Part shown: positions 1 to 12,352 of the stretch, one piece after another
How the letters are laid out: each line of letters starts with the position of its first letter
Numbering within the stretch: position 1 is the stretch's first letter
Assembly: GCF_036321535.1 (NCBI RefSeq)
Contig: NC_087437.1
Span: 16,246,001-16,310,000, forward strand
Reading direction: 5' to 3'
Source: Camelus dromedarius
Taxonomy: Eukaryota
DNA length: 64,000 nucleotides
Position numbers and translations under genes: made by a program
The notes under the pieces: generated by a model
Seen by the model: the letters and a program-made list of their open reading frames with translations, nothing else
Told to the model about the DNA's origin: nothing
The model's database searches: none

Positions 1-5
1 GGAAA

Positions 6-190
6 CATGGTTCTCAAAATCTGGTCCCCGAACAGCAGTATGCACATCACTCGGGAACTTGTTAGACATGCACTTTCTCAGACCCCACCCCTGACCGGCG
101 GGATCGGAGTCTCTAGGGGTGGGGCCCAGCCCTCTGTGTTGTAACCAGCCCGAGAAGATCGGGAGGCAACTGCAGTGCGGGAATCACCGC
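6..190. mobile_element. MER5A-like hAT-Charlie MITE, GC-shifted
   Basis: catggttctcaaa...ggaacttgttaga.atgca..ttctcagaccccaccc...ggggtggggcccagc..tctgtgtt matches the MER5A consensus; the 3' half is unusually CpG/GC-rich. Confidence 0.75.
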
Positions 191-719
191 ACCAACAGAC
201 ACCGAGAACGGCCGTGCTCCCCGTTTCCCTGAAGTGAAAAGCAGGGCCCAGGGCAAGGGAGGGCCGCGGCACGTCGGGCTGGGAGCCCAGCCTCCGGACC
301 TTACACAGGTTCCCTCTGGGTAGCTGACCAGGTGGACGGAGCTGAGTGGGGCCTCCGGACCACAAAGGGGCAGCACAGACGCAGAGCTGAAGCCCAGAGC
401 GTAAGGGCGGCCCCGCAGTCGTCGCTGGGAGGCCCTCCTGCGAGCCGGGGGGGGGGGGGGGGCACAGGGAGCGGGAGGCGCTTCTCAGCGGACGGTGACC
501 CCTGCCCAGAGGGTGAGTGGGCGGAGGGCATTGAAAGTCCCACCAACGCAGTTGTTGCTGAACTGAATCCCAAACAAACCCATAGATGCATTTGTTATGG
601 GGAAGCACACCCAGGCTTACTAATGGAGGGTGCTTCTTCCCTGAGAAAGGGGAAAGGCGGGGGATGAGCTCATTTATCCTGTATCCCTGGATTCTGTCCT
701 GCTCCCCTGCCCCTTCAGG

Positions 720-1225
720 CCTGGCCATCTCTCACCCTGTCTAGTACAGGAGCTTCCTACAGCTTGCCTCCCCCAGTGTCGCTGTCCTCTAGTCATTCTC
801 CATCCAGAGCTGGAGAGAGGGGTCTCTCATCTGACCATGCCTCTCCCTTGCTTAAAATCTCTCCCCAGCCTCCCACTGCTCCAGGAGGAAATCTACCTCA
901 CTCGCTGACATATTCAGCCCTGGGTAGCTGAACCCTGACTTTCTCCAGGGTCCCCTCCTGCCACTTTCCTGCCAGGGTCCCCGCCTGGCAGAGGAGAGTC
1001 TTTGTGGTACCAGGGATGCTGTTCCCTCACACCCTTGTCACTTAATTTCTGCTTCTTTCAATATTCAGGTTGAGATCCATTCATCCAAAGAGTCAAAACC
1101 CCTTGCCCCCATCAGCACTGTCACAGCAGCTGTACACATGTCTAACACAGCCCTGGTCATGGTCTTGAAATATATTTGTCTGTCTCCGAGTGCAGAATAA
1201 ACTCCTTGGCAATGCTATCTTGAAA
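720..1225 (+). mobile_element. L2 LINE 3' fragment
   Basis: Typical L2 3' motifs: tcattctccatccagagc...tctgaccatgcctctcccttgcttaaaat...cccactgct. Confidence 0.55.
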
Positions 1226-2456
1226 CCATTAGCATATGTGTGTGTCCACACTGTGCATATGCTACATATTTTTAATCACTTGGGTTATCGCCCAATTTAT
1301 TCTTAGAGTGCCACCTCAGGTAGGAAAGAGGAAAGGCATGGAAGTTCAAATTCCTAGAGTTTCCTGCTTTTTATCCTAATTATGCCTTATCCTAATTATT
1401 CATTCAGGCTGGAAGATCCCTTGAGAGGTCCTCTCATCCAGCCCCTTGCCTCTCAGCACAACTGAAGGAGGCTGTTGGGCTTCTGTTCTCAACAGTTCTT
1501 AGCACACCGAAGTCAGGGAGACGATGCATAAGAGAGGCTGGTGGGCGGGTGCCCACCCAGTAGAAGACCCATTCTCTCAGCATTCCACGGTCAGGGGACA
1601 GAGCAAGAAACCCTCTGGGCTGAGTGAGGCCAGCCTAGATTATTTACCCAGAGACATCATTTTAAACACGTTATGTGCCTCTTAAAATAAAATTAACCCT
1701 GTCTCCTTGCTTTTACCTAAATTTAACCCTGCTACTTTTGCCCTCTTGGTAATAAAGCAGATGGAAGTGTGTGGTTGAAGAAGTTTGAAATAAGAAGCTT
1801 GTTTTCCTTCTTTTCTTTTTCTTTCATTTTTGCTTATATCCTGCTTAGGTTAAAAAAAAAAATGAGGCACTCAGAGAATATTACAAATCCTCGCAAGGCT
1901 CCCCGTCTTACAGATGGAGAAATACTCAAAACATTCTCTTGTTCATTTGGTTATTTGAAGCCCAGATCATGTTTTTTATAAGTAGAGGCTTTATTGATGG
2001 TGGTTCCAAGAGCAACATCAGGTGAGGTGATGTGGGAGTGGGGAAGTTTAACCTTGAGCTTGCCTCCAAGTGCAAAGACTAGGTAGGACCTGCTCTTTGT
2101 CACCAGGGAGGAAGAAGCTGTCAGGTCTGCCTGGAGAGCCTGGGTTCTCTCAGCCTCAACCACACTTCATTCAGCCTGGTTCTCCATGTGGCATGAGTCA
2201 TTGCGTCTGTGCCTCCAGAATCTAGCTGCTCTTTCTTGCCTGAAATAGCCCGAGAGCCTCGTGGTTGGCTATTCCTAGGAACCAGAACGAGAGAGAAGTG
2301 TTCCTAAGGTGGGTGTATCTCAATAGATCCTTTTTTGCTTGTTTCCAAACTGCCAACCCACTAGATTGCTCCTCCAAGAACCCCTCTTTCCCCCAGCTCA
2401 GAGTGGCCCCCTGGAAATTCCCCAGAAGGTGAAACCAGGCCAGCTCTAATCACTAT

Positions 2457-2825
2457 TGTATTAGTCAGGATAGGCCAGATGTTGCTACACCAACAAAAAA
2501 TTTCAAAATCTCAGTGGTGTAACACAGTGCATGTTACGTAGGCCCATAACAGGGTTCTGCTGAGATTAGACACTCAGGGGCCCAGGGTGACAGAGGCTTC
2601 ATCTTGACATGTGCTTCACTGACCACTGAGGACATCTGACTCTTGAAGTCTTCCACTTGGAAAGGGCACAGTTCACGACCACCCATATTTTGCTGGCCGA
2701 AGTAAATCACACAGCCCCATATTGGACATACAGAAGCACATAAAGCCCCATATAGAAGACCTCAAAGAAAGACAGAAGCGTGGTCCTATTATGTGCTCAG
2801 AAGGTTGATGGTGAGCTGGAAATAT
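2457..2825 (-). mobile_element. MLT1-family (ERVL-MaLR) LTR
   Basis: Starts tgtattagtcaggataggc...gctac..caac.....aaaatctcagtgg, and has a later ggcc.aag.aaatcaca motif. Confidence 0.6.
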
Positions 2826-3339
2826 TTAGTAAACAATTGCAACTAGCAGCTCATGGAGCCAGACAGTGTACCTTCCCCAGCACGAGGAGCCTATAGGTCC
2901 CTCTTGCACTGTGTGCCAAGAACTCCACAGACCATGCCGATGCCTCCAGATACCAACCCAGTCTGTTCAGAGACTGCGTGCTCTCCCATCCCTCTTAGGG
3001 AAGCTTTAATTATAGCAAACAGCCCTGCCATCTCTGCCACAGAATCCTAGGATATCAGGGAGAATGACAGGGATCTCTGCATCACACAGACCTCTCTGCA
3101 ACCTCCTTGAAGTAGGACCACACTTTTAAAGAAAATTATAAGAAGGAAAATTCCAGAGCCTCCTCCCCTCATCCATCCTAGTGCCAAACATTGCATCCTT
3201 CTCATTTCTCCTTTTCTGACTGTAGAGAGCACTTGGAAATCAAAATAGTGAAAAACAAAAACAAAACAAAAAACAGTTCTTAAACATTCAATATTGAAAG
3301 GAGACATCACAGTGTGTGTGTGTGGGAGAGTGAATAAAA

Positions 3340-3616
3340 TAGATCTGCCCCCACCCACGTACTCTCCTTCAGAAAGGCTGTCGAAGAGACGTACCCAGTT
3401 GGGCTGCAAGCTATGATATAATTAGAACAATATTGCCCAATTGCAAAGCCATGTGCCTGTTTGCATGAAATGGAAGCATCTGCTGAAATTATTTGAGGTG
3501 TCCCATCACTAATTAAAAGAGCTTTCACTTATAGAGGATGCACCATATGGATACTGTTGATTCTTGGGTTGCTGGATGTGAATGAGTACTGAGGGAGCTG
3601 CTGGGGCAGGTGGATG
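3340..3616 (+). pseudogene. Cadherin EC remnant (first clear one)
   Basis: KAVEETYPVG...(shift) LSLIEDAPYG...(shift) LILGLLDVNE (3569-3586), followed by a donor-like atg|gtgagg at 3617. Confidence 0.5.
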
Positions 3617-3849
3617 GTGAGGAGTATCTGGGAAAATATGATTCAGCCTTCCAAAATGCCTCCTGACAAGGAGGTCTGGGGCGGGGGAGGTGCTGCCGGA
3701 AGTTGTTTGAGGGAGGCGCGGACACGTGGTGCACCATTCCATTGCACCTAACTGTGCCTGTGGCCCCGAGGCGCTTTGCCCGGGGGCCTTACTGTGCCCT
3801 TTTTACTTGCAGAGTCACGACCTTGTCTTCAAGGGACTTTCCAGGTAAA

Positions 3850-4025
3850 CAGGATCAGCTACAGAATTTGCATGGCTCTCTGCAAAATGAAAATGTGGGA
3901 CCCCTTGATAAAAATTATTAAGCATTTCAGGACAGTGACAGCAGAGCATTAAACCACGTGCAAGCCATTCTGAGTGTGGGGTCCTGTGCAACTGGATGGA
4001 TCACATACTTATGAAGCCAGCCCTG
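3850..4025. mobile_element. MER45A (hAT-Tip100)
   Basis: caggatcagctac.gaatttgc...tgcaaaatgaaaatgtgggacccc...agcagagcattaaacca...atgaagccagccctg; about 176 bp with cagg/cctg termini. Confidence 0.8.
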
Positions 4026-4829
4026 AAGGTAAGGGGAAAAAAAAAAAAAAAAGCAAGAGCTGTTGGAGAAATAGGGGCCGAGGGGTGGGGAAGTTAGAGC
4101 AGAGAGCAAAGCCGGACAGTCACCCCAGCACAGTATAGCCCATAAGGGACTTTTACATCCACACTCTGCTCTGTGGGCCACACCACCCATGCTCTTGGCA
4201 GGACAGACTCAGAGCGAAGAAAGACTTGTTCTCACATCTCCTTACTGTGCAGAATTGTGGTAAAACCCAGGTACTGACTTCTGGCCCCACATGTTTTCTC
4301 TTTCTTCATATCTTATTCATTCAGCAAGTTCCGCCCACTATGGATTCTACTTCGCATCATCCTCCCCCGGTACATAGCTATGCTAGGAGTCCACGTGCAA
4401 CCCATTTAGCACAAATAGGTACCAGGAAAAACAAAGTCGGCCCCACCTGAGCTGGAAACATGCATTCAGGAGGCACTAGTAAAGCTGATTCTTGTTATTC
4501 TCCCCAGTTAGAAGGGACCTAACAGATTATTCAAGTGCTTTCCAACCAACTTGGGCTCAGAGGTTCAATAACTGGAGTGTACTTGAAACAATCATAGAAT
4601 GCTTTCTCTCACAAAAGATATTGGGGGAAGGAAATAATAGCCACTGATCTAAGGCTTCTAGTCTAGGGTTCGTGTTCTTTTTCAAGTTCAAGGGAGCAGT
4701 CCCATTCCAAAATCACTCTGGGGTGCAGCAATTCCCTTGTTTCATATGCCAGTTTTAAAGAAGTGTCTTAAGGAGGCAGAAGACCCACAGCACTCAACAA
4801 ATACAATGATCTTTTTAAAAAACAATAGA

Positions 4830-7800
4830 AATGAAACGCATCAAAATCTGTCCCATGTAGTAAAGCTGTACTTGGGAAGAAAGACTTAACATCAATTCCC
4901 AAGAGTTTCAACTTAAGAAACTAGAAAAAGAAGAGCAAAATAAACTCAAAGTTAATAGAATGAAGGGAATAAAGACTTAGAGCAGAAATTAGTGAAATAA
5001 AATGCTGGAAGAAAGAAAACTGATATAGCAAAAAGCTGATTCTTTGAAAAGTTCAAAAACTTGACAAGCTCTAAATAGATCAAGCAAAAAAGAGAAAGAA
5101 CACATATTACCAATTTAGTAATGAAAAGAATTTATCACCATAGATCATACATACATCAAAAGAATATCAAGAGAATATTATGAACAAATTTAGGCCAATA
5201 AATCTGACAACTCAGTTGAAACAATTTTTTGAAAAATACAACTTGCCAAAATCAACAAAAGAAGAAACAGAAAAACTGAATACTATACCTATTGAAGAAA
5301 TTGAAAAAAATATTAAATCCATCTCACAAAGAAAATCCAGGCTGAGATGGTGATAGCAGGGAGAACAGTGGCTTTCCAGAGATGTCCGCATCCTATCTCT
5401 GGACTTTATAAATATGTTATAGCAAAAGGGGTCTATAGCTGATGGAATTAATGTTTCTAATCAGCTGACCTTAAGGTAGGCAGAGAGAGTCTCCTGGATT
5501 AGCCAGGTGGGCCCGATGTCACCATAGGGTTACACTTAAGGTGAATGAAGAAGGCAGAAGTGTGAGTGTCAGAGAGATTCAGTCTGAGAAAGATTCAACT
5601 GACCACCATAGACTTTGAAAATGGCAGGGGCCACGAGCCAAAGAATTCAGGCAGCATCTAGAAGATGGAAAAGGCAAATAAACAGATGTTTCTTAGAATC
5701 TTTCTCAAGAAGGAAATAAAGCCCTGCTCAGGCCATGAATTTAACTTAGTGAGACCCATTTAGGCTTCTGGCCTCCAGAACTGTAAGATCATAGATCTGT
5801 GTTGTTCTAAGCCACCAAATTCATGGTCATTTGCTACAGCAGCAATAAGAAACAGAAATGTAGAAAGTTTCCCTGGTGGATTCTATAAAACAATGAAGAA
5901 AAAATAACACTAATAGAATACAAGTTTTTTTAAAAAAATAGAGAAAGAAGGATCAGTGCCTAACTTATCTTCTGAGGTCAGTATAACTTTGATTCCAAAA
6001 CCTAACAAAGATGTAACAAAGAAAAGAAAATTGCATACCTATATCTCTCATGAATATAGATGCAAAAATCCTTAACAAAATTGTAGCAAGCTGAGTCCAA
6101 CAATATATAAAAAAGAACATACATCATCACCAAGTAGGGGTTATTCCAAGAATGCAAGTATATTTAACACATGCAAATTAATCAACACAATCTACCATGT
6201 TAATGAACTTAAAGGAGAAAAATACACCATTAATTTATTAGATGTGAACAAGAATTTGAAAAAATTAAATGCCCATTCATAATTTTTTAAAAAAATCTCT
6301 CATCAAACTAGGACTAGAAGAGAACTTTTCCAACCTGGGCATCTATATCTAAAAACAAAGCAAAACCAAACCAAAGTCAGCTAACATCATACTTCATAGT
6401 GAGAGGCTACATATTTTACCTCCTAAACCAGGGACAAGGCAAGAATGCCCACCTTCACCACATCTATTCACATTTTTCTGAGGTCTTAGCTATTGTACTA
6501 AGGCAAGAAAATAAAATCAAAACTGGAAAGGCAGGAAAGAAGGAAGTAGAACTTTCCACATTTGAAGATGATATGATTTTTCATGTAGAAAATGAGCACT
6601 AAAGTTAATTAATGAATTTAGCAAGGTTGCAGGTTATAAGGTTAATGTGCAAAAATCAATTTTATTTTTATATAGTTACAGCTACCAAGTAGAAAGTGAG
6701 ATTTTTAAAAATTCATTTAGAGTGACATCAAAAATGACTAAGTATGTAGGAACAAGTCTAATAAAGTGATCCAAGAGCTCAACACTGAAACTACAAAACA
6801 TTGCCAACAGAAATTAAAAGACCTAAATAAATGAGAAAAGATATTGTTTTATTCTGCAGATTGGAATATCATTACATGACAGGTCTCCCCGTATTCAATG
6901 CAATCTCAATCAAAATTCCAGTAGACATTTTTGTAGAATACCTTTGGCAAGCTAAAAGATATATGTAAATGGTATATAAATTCATATAAACTAAAATTTG
7001 AATGGAAATGCAAAATACCTAGAATAAAAATAATAATTTTTTAAAAGAACAACTTTGGAGGACTTATTTGATTTCAGTAATCAAGCTTCAGTAATCAAGA
7101 CAGGCTGATACTGGTGAAAAGGTAGACATAGATCAAAGGAACAGAATAGATAGTCCAGAGAAATACTATACATATTCGATCACTTGATTTAAGACAAAGG
7201 TGCGAAGGCAATTCAACAGGGAAAGGAAAGTGTTTGGGGAATGATGTCCAGATAGCTATGTGGGAAAAAGTAATAAGCATTGATTTTTCCTTCACACCAT
7301 ACAAAATAATTAATTCAAAATGAATCACAGATCTAAGTATAAAGCCCAAAACTACAAAATTTCTAGAAGAAAATATAGGATATCTTTGTGACCTTGGGAT
7401 ATGCAAATAATTCTTAGAGGACAAAATTCCATAAAAGAAAAAATGATAAATCAGACTACATCATTAAAAAAACAAAAAGGCAAGCCACATACTGGGACAA
7501 AATGCTCACAGCACATATAACAAAGAAGTTGAATCCAGATTAGGCAAAGAACTCTTACAAACCAATAAGAAAAAGGGCAAAATTGTGAACAGTCACTTCA
7601 CCAAAGATATCCAAATGGCCAATAAGCACATGAAAAAAATGCTCAACATCATGAGTCATCAGGGAAATGCAAATGCAGTGAAAAACCACTCGATACCAAT
7701 TAGAAAGGCTAAAATGGAAAGACTGACCATGCCAGGGTTGGACAGGATGTGGAGGAACTGGAACTCTCACGCACTGTGAGTGGGAGTAAAATAGTTCTGC

Positions 7801-8300
7801 AGTTTCTTAAAAAGTTAAATGTACACCTACCATATGACCCAGCCATTCCACCCCTAGCTATTTACCCAAGAGAAATGAAAACATACATAAACTTCTTATA
7901 AACAAATGTTCATAGCAGCTTTATTTGAAATAACCCCAAAAAACTGGAAACAACACAAATGTCTATCCACAGATAAGTGGTTAAATAAATGTAGTACACC
8001 CACACAATGGATGCTATTCAGCAGTAAAAACTAATAAATTGTTGATAAACATACCAACATGAATGAATCTCAAAAGAATTATGCTGAATGAAAAGGCTGG
8101 ATTAAAAGAAGTATATAATGTATGATTTCATTTATATAAAATCCCAGAAAATGCAAAATAATCTACACATAGTGATATGAAACAGATTTATGGTTGCCTG
8201 GGGATGAGAGTAGAGGGAGAAACAGATTACAAAGAGGGTGAAAGTAACTTTTTGGGGTGATGCAAAGTTTGTGATTTTAATTGCAGTGATGGATTAACAG
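4830..8300 (+). mobile_element. Old L1 (ORF2 to 3' UTR), decayed, interrupted by an MLT1D-like LTR
   Basis: L1 ORF2 landmarks (ctagaaaaagaagagcaaa, atagatgcaaaaatccttaacaaa, ttcaatgcaatc.caatcaaaattcca, catatgacccagccattcca) and an L1M-type 3' UTR. Confidence 0.9.
5357..5855 (+). mobile_element. MLT1D-like LTR nested in L1
   Basis: gatggaattaa.gtt.ctaatcagctgaccttaag...ccagaactgtaaga...aagccaccaaatt.atggtcatttgctacagcagcaataagaaac; the L1 resumes in register on either side (ccaggctgagatggt | tttccctggtggattc). Confidence 0.85.
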
Positions 8301-8579
8301 GTGAAGGCAGCTGGATCTCGGAGAACTGCAGCTGCCGGGAAAGGGTACCCAGGGCTCCCGAAGCTGGGCTGTCTCCCAGATCCCAGTCTACACCCCTTTT
8401 TCTGCACCACTACACGTCTGAAAAAGGAGCTTCTCCTAAAAGCCATGCACATGGTTATCCCCAAGACACATCAACACATTGAAACAAGCCTTTGTGAAGC
8501 ATGTTAAAAGAGACCTGAAGTGGCTTCACAAAAGTAACAGGAAAACCAGTTTCTGCACACTAGCAAATTGGGTCCCAGT

Positions 8580-9060
8580 TACCTTCTGCAAGGGAGACCT
8601 TCCAGCAATAATTTCTATCTTTTGGGTTCTCTGTCCACAGCACCATTTTTTGATTGCTTACTGGGAAGCGAAGGAATGTATTAAAATATTGTCAATTTCA
8701 CTCTGAAAATCCATGGCAGAATCAGGCTTCAAATTCCTGCCGCCTGACCTCAGGGTTACCCTGCCTCCCTTTCTCTACTCTGGACAGTCTCTTCCCTGGA
8801 GCACCCAGCTATGTCTTCTTGGCACCTTCTCCACCATTATCAGTGCTGGCTTTCCAAGGTGATATACGTGTGGAGTCCCACCTTGTCATCCACTTATACA
8901 GAGACAGTAATAATATAATGGCAGCAAAGCAGATAGTCATTGTATTCATTGGTCATGGTGGTTCCATATATAAAACCAGTCTCCTTGGATTGAGTCCCTT
9001 CAGCAAGGACTATTTCCCATTAGTGTAAATGTCAATGAATAAATCATCGTGGAGGGGCCT
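8580..9060 (+). pseudogene. Cadherin EC remnant(s)
   Basis: GDLPAIISIFWV / NVLKY...TSG...STLDSLFPGAPSYVFL.PSPPLS...GDIRV...IVIVFIGHGG / FPISVNVNE*IIVEG. Confidence 0.6.
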
Positions 9061-9169
9061 GCGGACCACTTCTTTGAGTACCTTGATGAGCTAGAGCTTC
9101 TTGGACCTCAAGGAATTTGTAACTGGTTTGGAGTAACATGATTAACATATAGGAAAAAATGAGAGCCAA

Positions 9170-9430
9170 TATAAGAAGAGTAGCTGAAAATGCTTGTAGA
9201 GGCTGACAGAATTCAGGTGATGGAAAACTGGGTTGGGGAGGTGTCAGAGGCCCTGAGGAGAAATGATACAGTCGGAAAACTTCAGGATTGATAAATAGAA
9301 AACAAACTTTGGATGCATCCACGTTTTCTTCTGGGATCCTCTGCTTATCTGGAAGATGGCTTCTGATCATTCTTTCAGTGGTTCTTCGAAGGATTTGCCA
9401 GAAAGCTCTGCCTTGGATTTCTTCTAACTC
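9170..9430 (+). pseudogene. Cadherin EC remnant
   Basis: VAENACRG* (9180-9206), IQV, then ENFRIDK*KTNFGCIHV, i.e. V.EN...G and F.ID...G.I.V. Confidence 0.6.
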
Positions 9431-10399
9431 TTTGGCCCTGAAATTCTAGAGAGAAACAAAATAGCACCATTTGTGTGCCTTGAGTCAAAAAGAAAGCAAA
9501 TCAAGCAGCTGGGAGATCCAGATTTTGCTCAATAACCATCTATAAAGACGAGAACAAAAAAATCCTATAATCTTTTAAAATGCAAGATAGGAAAATGACT
9601 GTTTTAACCAATGTAATTTTGTATATTTCTGAATTGAAATAATTACATTTCTAAAGCAATCAAAATTTCCAATAAAATCGACCTCCTTGATAAAATTACC
9701 TAGACTTTCTAAAGAAAACAAGGAGCACTTCCCTCTTTCAATTTAAAAGTATCAGGAATCAATTTCCAATTTGTCCTCAAGGAAGCTTTCCCAGTTGGCC
9801 CAAGCCATTCTCTAGTGTAACAGCACTTCCTTGCAAGCCATCTTTCTCATTCACAGATACAGCAGCTTAGGACCAGCCAGCATCTGCACTCCCTCCCTAT
9901 GAGCCCACTGTTCCCCCAACATACATGCTCTCTCTGCCCACAGAGGGAGGTTAGAAGCTAAGATCAAAAGGGCAGATGCTAAGAGGGTTTTCAGCCACAG
10001 ATTCTAAGAGGGCTTTCAGCCACAGTGGATGTGCTAACTGATCAAAAGTTGTGTAGGGCACCAGTCACGGAGATGGGCAGCCCTGAGGTTGGGGAGACAA
10101 AAAACACACAACAGAAATTGTTGAAAGAGAATCATCAGGACCAACCAACTATTTGTACAGGAAAAGCAAAAGGCAAAGACAGATTCAAAATGACAAGCAG
10201 TGTCCTTCCTAAAGGATGGGAGAGGTGACTGTTCAACCGCTGCAGTGGCGAATCCGGATCAAGGGGAGGACAGCTGAGCAGCACTGTTGTCCTGTGTTGG
10301 TGCGGGGACCTCGGTGTGAGCATCAGTGGCATGGCTACCAGGCCCAGCTAGCCCCCAGGGAAACCAGTGAGAAGGAGCAATGCCTGGTGCTGAGTCTGG

Positions 10400-10620
10400 G
10401 TTAGGCACATTCCCCTGCAGCAGGAGGCATTGTCCTGCTGGGTCTTTGCACAATAAAGACTGCCAGTGGGTCTCTGTGGTCTCCAGCATAAAGCACAATT
10501 TCCCAAGGCTGGCTCTCCAGATCCTCTGTACGCTGATAACTGGGGTGATCTTCCACTGCCCAAACAAAATTGGTCACTGGCCACAGTGCTAGAGCAGGCT
10601 GGCCCTGGAGGCCCTCTGTA
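10400..10620 (+). pseudogene. Possible cadherin EC C-terminal remnant
   Basis: RLALQIL / ADNWGDLPLPKQNWSLATVL resembles L.I.A.D.G.P...S.ATV. Confidence 0.35.
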
Positions 10621-11567
10621 GTGCTGGGCACTAATTTTTATTTCTGAATTTAAGGAACTCCTTGGGGAGAAAATGTTGTCCCAGGTTGATGACAGGATGT
10701 GAGCAGATTTCAGGACTTAAACAACCAGTATGGTCCTACGTCAGGCGCTAGCTGCATCTCTGCCTGACCCACAATGTTACCCACAACAGCCCATTAAGTT
10801 GAACCCTCCATTCTAGCCAGATTGGTCTCTTCACACACCTACACACCCATACACACCCCAGCTTATCACACTGAGCTAAAGCCTCTCTGACTTTTCTTTT
10901 GATATGCTCTTACTTGGAATGCCCTCATGTCATCTTGGATTGTTGCTTAGAGCAGAGTGTACGTCCAGCCCCTGCTTCCTCCTTGCCCAAGCTGGTGCAC
11001 TACCAAGCGTCTGTAAGGTAAGGACACACTGCATGAAGTATCTTCTTTCAGATGGAGAGTTCCCTGGAGGGGAAAATGATGTCTGATACTCCTTTCTCTT
11101 CCTTGTGGGTCCTCTACAGAGTCTTGCACACTGCTAGCCACTCAGCTGACCATCAGTAAATGCTTTCTGCAAAGAACTGAACCCAAAAAAAGTGATGTTA
11201 TTAGAATAATGAGAGAAATCAGAGATAAAAAAGTGAGAATTCCCATCCCCTCCTCTCCCACCCCTAACCCTGTGGAGCTACTCTTGAGTTTAGTGTATTT
11301 GATCCGTATATTATCAATACTATCTGATGAGTATTTAGCATTTATTAGCTTCAAAATGCTTTATAGGTACATATATTTAATCTTTACAACAAACCTGTGT
11401 ATTATGTATTATAATTAACCCCATTTCACAAATAAGGTATCTGAGGTGAAACAAAGCAAGATGACTTGCCTATGGTGCCTCCAGAATCCAATCACCTTGC
11501 CCTATCAACTCCCTCAGATGAGTGAGGCTCTCTCCAGCATAACTTATTTCTTAAGTTTTCTTTACAG

Positions 11568-11870
11568 CTATTTGGGAATTGATCCTTCTGTAACTCCTCC
11601 ATCAAAGACGATGCTGGTTTCTTCCTGGCAACATTGTAATGGAAGACAAGCTAGCACCCACATAAGATCAATTTCTGAACCAATAGAATTTACCTGAATT
11701 TGTTGTGGATCAATGGTCTCGTTCTGCAAGCCCATGAGGAAAACAAAATGTAGCTCAAGCCCTCTTGCTGGGAATTCCAGACCATTATCCATACACTTTT
11801 TGGCTGTGCTGGTCACACTATACTGATTGTGTGGATGACCTGTTGGAAGATGCTGCCTGTTGCAACTTAG
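11568..11870 (+). pseudogene. Cadherin-related exon remnant (EC or juxtamembrane)
   Basis: Acceptor ttttctttacag; SIKDDAGFFLATL*...NLLWINGLVLQ...KPSCWEFQTIIH...HTILIVWMTCWKM. Confidence 0.4.
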
Positions 11871-11879
11871 CAATGCTTT

Positions 11880-12120
11880 GATATTAATATTAACGGATTA
11901 TTTTTAGGCACTTACTATGGATCAAGCGTCGCCCTAGGAGATGTACACACATTCTACCACTTAATCTTCCCAAGAAGCTGATGAAGTAGGTGTATTTATT
12001 ATTTCCATTTTAAAGTTGAAGAAACTAAGTCACAGCCAAGTCTACTAAGTTGTGCAAGCTCTCATATGTAGTTGGTAATGAAGCCAAGATTCAAGCCTTG
12101 GCATGCTTGTTCCATGCTCA
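11880..12120 (-). mobile_element. MIR SINE
   Basis: cacttactatg...ttaatcttccc...atttccatttta...gaagaaactaag...ccaagattcaagcc. Confidence 0.65.
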
Positions 12121-12352
12121 GTTACATAATAAGCACACATGTCCGCCTTCTGCTTATTGTTTAAATTTTTCATTGGAACCGGGTTTGATGCCATGCACTC
12201 AAATGTGGTGTCCTGGAAAGCATGCTTACCTGATAATAAAATACCATACAGAATCCTGAACCAGGTAATTTCTTAGAAGTCCCCCAGTTCCAAGTCTGTA
12301 TGATCTTGTGATTCTCTACCTCAGTTGATAACACGGTACATGGTACGCAGTA

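Noticed and set aside
78..728. 216-aa minus-strand ORF
   Set aside because: Runs through MER5A/MIR-derived GC-rich sequence and a G16 run; Pro/Gly/Arg-rich composition expected from GC bias
9311..9447. Open minus-strand exon-like frame NFRAKELEEIQGRAFWQ... with AG/GT ends
   Set aside because: No recognisable homology and no partner exons; it is antisense to a + strand cadherin remnant
9978..10025. Short direct repeat ctaagaggg.tttcagccacag x2 (similar small duplications at about 30034-30074 and 62362-62404)
   Set aside because: Ordinary local slippage duplications with no array or CRISPR-like structure
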